The position numbers and the translations under genes are program-made. From the NCBI GenBank assembly GCA_035285545.1, contig JAYKGY010000049.1, positions 1-14,462 on the forward strand: a DNA stretch of 14,462 nt. Reading direction: 5' to 3'. The notes under the pieces were generated by a model. That model made no database searches, was not told the DNA's origin, and worked only from the letters and a program-made list of their open reading frames with translations. Positions within the stretch are counted from its first letter, which is position 1. The number at the start of each line of letters is the position of its first letter. Shown here piece by piece: positions 1 through 6,617 of the stretch. The DNA comes from Snowella sp. Lineage in GTDB: Bacteria; Cyanobacteriota; Cyanobacteriia; Cyanobacteriales; Microcystaceae.

Positions 1-32
1 TTACCCATTTTTTGACGACAGGAAATACCAAG

Positions 33-716
33 ATGATAGCAACTACAACAATTTCTCCTCAATTAACCATTCCACGCCTAGAAAATGGGGACAAGCTCAC
101 TCGTCGTGAATTTGAGCGTAGATATAATGCCATGCCAAATCTGAAAAAAGCAGAACTCATTGAAGGAATTGTTTATATTATGGCTTCTCCCCTCAGAATT
201 AAGAACCATGGGGAACCCCATGCTCAGATTATCACCTGGTTAGGTTTGTATCAAGCATTCACCCCGAATCTGCAATTAGGCGATAATTGCACGGTACGTC
301 TTGATGCAGACAATGAACCTCAACCTGATGCACTATTAAGAATTAGAAACAGTGAACAATCAAAAATTAGTGAGGATGGCTATGTAGAAGGTGCGCCAGA
401 ATTAATTGTTGAAATCGCCGCAAGTACCGTTTCTCTTGACTTACATCAAAAGCTTAAGGTTTATCGCCGTAATCAAGTGCAAGAATATTTGGTATGGCGA
501 GTTAATGATGGTGAATTTGACTGGTTTAGATTAAATAATGAAGAATACATTAAACTAGAACCCAATGTAGAAGGGATAATCTGTTCTCAAATGTTTCCTG
601 GTTTATGGCTAGATAGATCGGCCTTATTAGCGGGAAACTTAGTGAGAGTTTTAGCAATTTTGCAGGACGGATTAGCTGCTCCTGAACATCAAGCTTTTAT
701 TGAAAAAATATCATAA
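33..716 (+). CDS. Uma2 family (PD-(D/E)XK-like) putative restriction endonuclease
   Basis: Typical cyanobacterial Uma2 motifs: LENGDKLTRREFERRY, AELIEGIVY, EPQPD, GAPELIVEIAAS, KLKVYRRNQVQEYLVW. I prefer ATG at 33 (CAGGA upstream) over the TTG at 12 in the ORF track. Confidence 0.9.
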   Translation: MIATTTISPQLTIPRLENGDKLTRREFERRYNAMPNLKKAELIEGIVYIMASPLRIKNHGEPHAQIITWLGLYQAFTPNLQLGDNCTVRLDADNEPQPDALLRIRNSEQSKISEDGYVEGAPELIVEIAASTVSLDLHQKLKVYRRNQVQEYLVWRVNDGEFDWFRLNNEEYIKLEPNVEGIICSQMFPGLWLDRSALLAGNLVRVLAILQDGLAAPEHQAFIEKIS

Positions 717-762
717 ATATTATCGATTAATTAAGCCTACTGACGGATTAACCTGATTCCAA

Positions 763-2508
763 TTATTGAAGGATTTTTTCTAATTGATGTTGTTGCCACA
801 AAGATTGATAAAGGCCAGGCTGTTTGAGTAATTCGTCATGGGTTCCGGTTTGCACAATGGTTCCGTGATCCATCACAAAAATGCGATCGGCTTGGGCGGC
901 GGCAGATAGTTGATGGGAAATAAAGATAACGGTTTTGCGCTGGGTTTGGGATAAATGGCTTAGAATTTGGGTCGCGGTTTGATTATCCACACTTGACAGG
1001 GCATCATCCAGAATTAAAACGGGTGAATCCAAGATTAAGGCTCTCGCTAGGGCAGTCCGTTGCCGTTGTCCTCCCGATAGGGTAATCCCCCGTTCTCCCA
1101 CTAAGGTTTCATATTGTTTGGGGAAATAGGCAATTTCTGAGGCAATATAGGCTTGTTCGGCGGCTTGTTCTACCTTGCTTTGTTCCTGAAGGGGATCACC
1201 GTAGCGAATATTGTTTTGAATAGTTGTACTAAACAGAAAACTATCCTGGGGAACGTAGGCGATCGCTTGTCGGAGATCGGTTAGGGAAATTTGGGTAATA
1301 TCCATCCCATCTAAAAATAATTGATTGGGTTCAATATCTAATAAGCGCGGTAAGGCATTGGCTAAAGTTGATTTACCGCAACCAATTGGGCCCACAATGG
1401 CCACCATTTCTCCTGGATAAATCGTAAAATTCAGATCAGTTAGGGCAGGAACTTTCGCACCCACATAGGTATAGGACAAATGGGAAGCTGTAATTTTTCC
1501 TTGAACTGATTGACTGTGAAATTCGACGGGATGGGCAATATCTTGAACTTTAGGCCGAGTTTGAAAAATGCTTTCCACGCGATCGATACTCACTTCTCCT
1601 CGTTGATAGGCGGTAATGGTAAACCCTAATAAAGCAGTAGGGAAAACTAAACGTTCCACTAAAATAATTAGTGCAATAAAATCTCCAATACTAATTTCCC
1701 CTTTTTGAATCGCAGCAGTTCCAAAAGCGAGTAATAATAACAAGCTGACGTAAGATATGCCTTCAATAATAGGAAACGTTAAATTACGGGTTCTAGCAAG
1801 GTTTAAATTTGCATTTAATAATTGGCGATTTTTTTCCCGAAAAGCATTTCGTTCATTCTCTTCTTGGGCATAAATTTTGATTAAACTAATGCCGCTCATA
1901 TCTTCTTGGATTAATTCACTTAAATCAGATAATTTTTCCTGTACCTCTAATTGTTGATCCCGCAATTGTCCACTAAATAGCTGTACCGTTAACAGCATAA
2001 AGGGATAAACCGAAATTGCCATTAAACTCAAGGGAATATGGATCGCCAACATGGCAGGCAGTGTTAACCCATAGGCAAATAAAGTATTAATAATACTGAG
2101 AATGGCAAAGCCGACTAACCGACGAATATTATCCACATCACTGGTTGCGCGATTAATCAGATCCCCTGAAGTATTTAACGAAAAATAAGCAGGTTCTAGG
2201 GTTAATAAGTGCTGAAAAATCTTTTGCTTAAGAAAATATTCAATTTGCCGCCCAATACCAAAAATTGTGATCCGAGATAGCATTCTTAGCCCCCACATAA
2301 TCGAAGCTAAGACTAAAATCAAAACTGCATAATAAATAACTTGATCAAAGGTAAAAGATATTTTTAAGTCATCAATCGTGTCTCGAATCAAAATCGGAAT
2401 ATAAACCCCGATAGCATTCACTAAGAATAAGATAAAAATCCCTAAGCTTAACGTTTTCCAATGGGGAAGAAGATAATGATATAAAGTCCGAATTCGTGAG
2501 TTAGCCAT
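763..2508 (-). CDS. ABC exporter, fused permease/ATP-binding half (MdlA/YheI-like)
   Basis: N-terminal multi-TM domain, Walker A GPIGCGKST, Q-loop YVPQ, signature LSGGQRQR, Walker B LILDD, switch ISH. The start is placed at ATG 2508 (MANSRIR) because the ORF-track extension is AT-rich and overlaps the PIN gene. Confidence 0.92.
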   Translation of the reverse strand: MANSRIRTLYHYLLPHWKTLSLGIFILFLVNAIGVYIPILIRDTIDDLKISFTFDQVIYYAVLILVLASIMWGLRMLSRITIFGIGRQIEYFLKQKIFQHLLTLEPAYFSLNTSGDLINRATSDVDNIRRLVGFAILSIINTLFAYGLTLPAMLAIHIPLSLMAISVYPFMLLTVQLFSGQLRDQQLEVQEKLSDLSELIQEDMSGISLIKIYAQEENERNAFREKNRQLLNANLNLARTRNLTFPIIEGISYVSLLLLLAFGTAAIQKGEISIGDFIALIILVERLVFPTALLGFTITAYQRGEVSIDRVESIFQTRPKVQDIAHPVEFHSQSVQGKITASHLSYTYVGAKVPALTDLNFTIYPGEMVAIVGPIGCGKSTLANALPRLLDIEPNQLFLDGMDITQISLTDLRQAIAYVPQDSFLFSTTIQNNIRYGDPLQEQSKVEQAAEQAYIASEIAYFPKQYETLVGERGITLSGGQRQRTALARALILDSPVLILDDALSSVDNQTATQILSHLSQTQRKTVIFISHQLSAAAQADRIFVMDHGTIVQTGTHDELLKQPGLYQSLWQQHQLEKILQ

Positions 2509-2572
2509 TAGTAAATAAATTAAAAATATTGTTATATAAATTCTGATCAAAATTTTATTATAAAATCTTGTC

Positions 2573-3043
2573 CTATTCCTCAGCCTTTGTAAATAAAGAT
2601 AAGTGCTTTGTGTTTCTAGTTGCAATGACAACGTTATCTTGATAAAGATTATTTTCTAATAGAATTGTCTCTTGTAAAATAATTGCTTGTGCTGCCAAAA
2701 TAACATCACTGTCCAAAGCTTTATTATCAGCCGTTGGTTTTCCTCTCTTTCTTACTTCAGCCCATAATTCTGCTGCTTTTAGCATTGCTTTTGTTGTGAT
2801 CGGAAGATAGATAATCAAAGATTTCAGTCTATCTAATTTTTTCAACCCTGCTTGTTTATCAGATCGTAATAATTCTCTTCTAATTTCATAATCTATAATT
2901 TCTGGTAAGACAAATTTATTATCTTCAGAAATATGCCAGTCAAACCACATTTGACATTGTTGTGACTGTTCATTTTTTCTAGAATTTCTAGGATTTGTAA
3001 TTAAACCGACTGGAGTTGAATCAAGTAAAATAATTTTGTTCAT
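2573..3043 (-). CDS. PIN-domain (VapC-like) ribonuclease toxin
   Basis: PIN acidic motifs IILLDS, PEIIDYEIRRELLR, ALDSDVILAAQA, IATRNTKHL. It lies 12 bp downstream of a small co-oriented ORF. Confidence 0.85.
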   Translation of the reverse strand: MNKIILLDSTPVGLITNPRNSRKNEQSQQCQMWFDWHISEDNKFVLPEIIDYEIRRELLRSDKQAGLKKLDRLKSLIIYLPITTKAMLKAAELWAEVRKRGKPTADNKALDSDVILAAQAIILQETILLENNLYQDNVVIATRNTKHLSLFTKAEE

Positions 3044-3055
3044 TTTATTGCGTCT

Positions 3056-3415
3056 TTAGATAGAGACTTTTTCTAAGGATTCAATAATTTCCAGAGTTTC
3101 TTCTTGCTCCTTTTCATCTCCTAATTCATAGCAATCATGAAATAAAAAATGTCTGATTTTTTCGATTTTTTGAGGAGTATTGTCTGCTTTGAGTTGGTTA
3201 ATCACTTTTGCCCATTCATTTAATGCCTTGTGTTTGTCGCTTTCTATTTTTTTTGACAGAATATCAAGACTTAAAAAGGTATCGTTGTCAGTTATCAAAT
3301 CTTCTTTTTTGTTGAAATTGGATAATAATTCTTGAATTTTCACAAACTCATCATAGGGTAAAACCGCAAAATTTTGCCCATTTTCAGTTATAAATTGTGG
3401 ATGGAGTTCAAACAT
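3056..3415 (-). CDS. Putative antitoxin of the PIN toxin
   Basis: A 119 aa acidic protein directly upstream of the PIN gene, with an AGGAG RBS. The N-terminus (ELHPQFITENGQNFAVLPYDEFVKIQELL) resembles Phd/YefM-like small antitoxins. Confidence 0.65.
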   Translation of the reverse strand: MFELHPQFITENGQNFAVLPYDEFVKIQELLSNFNKKEDLITDNDTFLSLDILSKKIESDKHKALNEWAKVINQLKADNTPQKIEKIRHFLFHDCYELGDEKEQEETLEIIESLEKVSI

Positions 3416-3478
3416 GATTTATCTCCTGAGTTTGATGAAAAATATTACTCAGATACTTAACCAATAATCGGTTTTACT

Positions 3479-3507
3479 TTGAAAGGTCTGACTTTATCTA
3501 TCATAAT
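3479..3507 (+). promoter_or_regulatory. Candidate sigma70-type promoter of crtD
   Basis: TTGAAA (3479-3484), a 17 nt spacer, then CATAAT (3502-3507), 38 nt before the crtD ATG. Confidence 0.45.
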
Positions 3508-3517
3508 GGTAAATGTG

Positions 3518-3535
3518 ATTGTAAAGAATTGTTAA
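3518..3535 (-). promoter_or_regulatory. HLR1-like (RpaB-binding) direct repeat
   Basis: The minus strand reads TTAACAAT-TC-TTTACAAT. This matches the HLR1 consensus (G/T)TTACA(T/A)(T/A)-N2-(G/T)TTACA(T/A)(T/A) with one mismatch. Confidence 0.6.
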
Positions 3536-3545
3536 GTGATTACCC

Positions 3546-5069
3546 ATGTCATCTCAGATTGGACAGTCTCATAAACCGCGTGTGGTAGTGATTGGTGCAG
3601 GAATTGGTGGTTTGACCGCAGGGGCTTTACTCGCTCGTCGGGGCTATGATGTCACCATTTATGAGCAAGCGATCGCACCGGGGGGATGTGCCTCTACCTT
3701 TGCGCGTCGGGGTTTTACCTTTGATGTGGGAGCAACTCAAGTTGCAGGATTAGAGCCAGGGGGCATTCATCATCGTATTTTCCAAGAACTGGATATTGCC
3801 CTACCGGAAGCAACGCCCTGTGATCCTGCCTGTGCCGTCTTTTTGCCCGGAGAGACTGAACCGATTAACGTTTGGCGCGATCGCGAACAATGGCGACAAG
3901 AGAGGCAACGTCAATTCCCCAATAGTGAACCCTTTTGGCAATTACTAGAAAAATTGTTTCAAGCGAGTTGGCAATTTCAAGGCCGTGATCCCGTTTTACC
4001 GCCGCGCAATTTTTGGGATTTACAACAACTGGTTACTGCGCTGCGTCCCAACACCTTAATTACGGTTCCATTTACCTTAATGACCGTCACGGATGCCCTA
4101 CAGTTGTATGGCTTAGCGGAGGATTATCGGTTAAAAACCTTTTTAGATTTGCAATTAAAGCTATATTCCCAAGTGAATGCCGATGAAACGGCTTTACTCT
4201 ATGCGGCAACGGCTCTTTCCGTTTCCCAAGCTCCCCAAGGCTTATCCCATCTTCAAGGGAGTATGCAGGTTTTAAGCGATCGCCTCGTAGAAGGGTTAGA
4301 AAAATATGGCGGTAAGTTACTCCTGAGGCACAAAGTAGAGCAAATTCAAACGCAAGGGAGAAAAATTACAGGTATTCAGGTTACCGATCATAAATCGGGT
4401 AAAACTTGGCTACAAAAGGCTGATCATATTGTTGCAAATGTTACGGTACAAAATTTAATTCAATTAGCCAATTTTCCTGAGCCAAATTATCAACAAAGGA
4501 TTGAAAAATTACCTGAATCCTCTGGCGCGTTTGTTATTTATTTAGGCGTGAAAGAAGCAGCGATTCCTGATCATTGTCCACCCCATTTGCAATTTCTCTA
4601 TGAAAAAAATGGCCCGATTGGCGAAAATAATTCTCTCTTTGTTTCGGTGAGCAAACCCAACGACGGTCGGGCACCAGAGAGAAAACGAACCCTAATCGCC
4701 TCCTCGTTTACGAATGTTAAACCGTGGTGGAACGGTAGCTCCGAAGATTATCAAGCCTTAAAACAGCAGTTTACCGAAACCGCGATCGCGCGATTAGGAG
4801 AATATTTCAACTTAACCCCTGAAACCATTGTCCATCAAGAAGTCGCAACCCCTCGCACCTTTGCCCGCTTTACCGCCAGAGATCAGGGGATAGTGGGAGG
4901 CGTAGGTCAACGAGTCGGGACGTTTGGCCCATTCGCGATCGCAACTCGTACACCCATCAAAAATCTATGGCTAGTCGGAGATTCAACCCATCCAGGGGAA
5001 GGAACAGCCGGCGTTAGTTATTCCGCTTTAACCGTCGTCCGACAAATCGAGCAAACTGAAAAGCCATAA
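3546..5069 (+). CDS. crtD: Carotenoid C-3',4' desaturase CrtD (myxoxanthophyll pathway)
   Basis: FAD-binding GAGIGG, GGCASTFARRGFTFDVGATQVAGLEPGGIHHRIF, and C-terminal LWLVGDSTHPGEGTAGVSYSA are characteristic of cyanobacterial CrtD. Confidence 0.9.
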   Translation: MSSQIGQSHKPRVVVIGAGIGGLTAGALLARRGYDVTIYEQAIAPGGCASTFARRGFTFDVGATQVAGLEPGGIHHRIFQELDIALPEATPCDPACAVFLPGETEPINVWRDREQWRQERQRQFPNSEPFWQLLEKLFQASWQFQGRDPVLPPRNFWDLQQLVTALRPNTLITVPFTLMTVTDALQLYGLAEDYRLKTFLDLQLKLYSQVNADETALLYAATALSVSQAPQGLSHLQGSMQVLSDRLVEGLEKYGGKLLLRHKVEQIQTQGRKITGIQVTDHKSGKTWLQKADHIVANVTVQNLIQLANFPEPNYQQRIEKLPESSGAFVIYLGVKEAAIPDHCPPHLQFLYEKNGPIGENNSLFVSVSKPNDGRAPERKRTLIASSFTNVKPWWNGSSEDYQALKQQFTETAIARLGEYFNLTPETIVHQEVATPRTFARFTARDQGIVGGVGQRVGTFGPFAIATRTPIKNLWLVGDSTHPGEGTAGVSYSALTVVRQIEQTEKP

Positions 5070-5145
5070 CCAGCACTTTTTCAATGAATCCTTAAAATAG
5101 TCTTGCTAAATGATTTTAGCAGCCTTAAAATAACTCTTTTTTCTT

Positions 5146-5173
5146 AATAAAGGCTAAAAATAAAGGCTAAAAA
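5146..5173. repeat. 13-bp tandem duplication (AATAAAGGCTAAA x2) in a convergent intergenic region
   Basis: Directly visible. AAGGCT in the unit is complementary to AGCCTT at 5121-5126, giving a possible weak terminator stem. Confidence 0.7.
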
Positions 5174-5192
5174 GTGAACTCTCTTTTTAAAC

Positions 5193-6551
5193 TTATTTAG
5201 GCGGCTGGTTTTTGGCTAACTCTTGAATTTTTTTCTTCAAATCGGGAGAGGGGGCAACCTGTTCCGCAATTTTTAATAAAGAATTGGCTGTCTGAAAATC
5301 CCCCTTAGATTGACGAATAATCGCTTTGCCAACTAAGGCTTTAAACTGTTTATTATCCTTGGCTAACATATCGTCATAAATTTTTTCTGCTTTATCATTT
5401 TGTTCTGCTAATTCATACAATTTAGCCAAATTAAATTGCCAATCTAAATTTTTAGGTTGGAGGGTAACGATTTTTTCCAAGGCGGGAATGGCTTTTTCTA
5501 ATTGTCCTTGTTCTAGATAAAGATTGGCAAGCGCGACTAACGCATCCAAATTATTCGGATTTTTGTCAATTAAAGCTTGATATTTTTCGATTTGTTGATC
5601 GGTGTTTTGGGAATTGGTCGCCGTGGGTTCAATACGGGGTTGGTTGGAAAAAAACTGTCCTCCCAGAAGGATCGCACCGATGAGACCTAGAGCACCCAAG
5701 ACCCATAGCGCAATGGGAGGAATAGCGGGTAATAATTTATTAGGAGAGGGTTTGGCTTTGAGACTAGATTCCAGGGTTTTGCTGCCCCCAAAGACTTGTT
5801 TTTTATAGAGTTCTGCAACTAACCATAGGAAAGCGGAGGATACTCCGTTAGATTGGAGCTTAAATACGCCTTCTTTTTCCACAATGGGAACACCTGAGTA
5901 AAAGCGTTGGTATTTGGCAGAAACTGATTCTAATTCTCCGATTAAGCCTTGAATTTTTTCCTCAATTTGTAACTGTCCCATCGCTCCGGCACTCAAGCGA
6001 TCGCACTGGGTAAAAATCAACGCAAAACCGTAGGGAAGGGCATTGCGATCAATCAAACGAGCTAAGGAAATCACCTGCTTGGTAATGGTATCTAAGCTTT
6101 CGCTGTAGGTGGGATCATGAACCAGGCGATCGGCATTGATAAAGACACAGCAACTATGGGAATTCAACACCATTGTTTGATAATAGGGATTTTCAAAGTT
6201 GCAATACTCCCCCGGAATATCCCACCAACGGAAATAACATAAGGTTTGAATCCCCCAGCGTTGTCGCTGTTTAAACGCGAAATGGAAATCTGTAATTTTT
6301 AGAGTTGGTGGCGGATAATGGCCCGTTTGCGCTACATAATTGAGGATACTTTCTAACAATTCTTTTTCAGGATTGTATTGGCACTCAAACCACAAAGACG
6401 GATTTAGCGTAGGAGACAAAGCCGGATCAATGTCAGACACACTATTCAATTCTGCGTAACTACCGACAAGAAAAACTGTTTTTCCTACCCCCCTCTCTCC
6501 TAAACTGAGAAGGTTATAAACAGGCGGTTTGATTGGTGATAATAATTTCAT
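5193..6551 (-). CDS. TRAFAC-like P-loop GTPase domain + single TM helix + C-terminal TPR protein
   Basis: G1 GERGVGKT (6477-6500), candidate G2 Thr in YPPPT, G3 DIPG (6210-6221), G4-like TQCD (6000-6011). Then a hydrophobic helix ALWVLGALGLIGAILLGGQFF and TPR-like repeats (NPNNLDALVALANLYLEQGQLEKAI..., PKNLDWQFNLAKLYE...). ATG at 6551 is preferred over TTG at 6557. Confidence 0.8.
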   Translation of the reverse strand: MKLLSPIKPPVYNLLSLGERGVGKTVFLVGSYAELNSVSDIDPALSPTLNPSLWFECQYNPEKELLESILNYVAQTGHYPPPTLKITDFHFAFKQRQRWGIQTLCYFRWWDIPGEYCNFENPYYQTMVLNSHSCCVFINADRLVHDPTYSESLDTITKQVISLARLIDRNALPYGFALIFTQCDRLSAGAMGQLQIEEKIQGLIGELESVSAKYQRFYSGVPIVEKEGVFKLQSNGVSSAFLWLVAELYKKQVFGGSKTLESSLKAKPSPNKLLPAIPPIALWVLGALGLIGAILLGGQFFSNQPRIEPTATNSQNTDQQIEKYQALIDKNPNNLDALVALANLYLEQGQLEKAIPALEKIVTLQPKNLDWQFNLAKLYELAEQNDKAEKIYDDMLAKDNKQFKALVGKAIIRQSKGDFQTANSLLKIAEQVAPSPDLKKKIQELAKNQPPK

Positions 6552-6617
6552 CCTCAAAAACTGGCAATAATTGGGTTAATTTATTCTCTAAGGTTTTCTC
6601 GAAAAAGTCTGCTACTG

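Noticed and set aside
2509..2631. 41-aa N-terminal extension of the ABC transporter
   Set aside because: It overlaps the PIN gene, has a TTG start and AT-rich intergenic composition. ATG at 2508 gives a normal length.
33..3415. Defence island formed by Uma2 plus the TA pair
   Set aside because: Uma2 genes are very abundant and scattered in cyanobacteria, a housekeeping ABC gene separates them, and there is no integrase or transposase.
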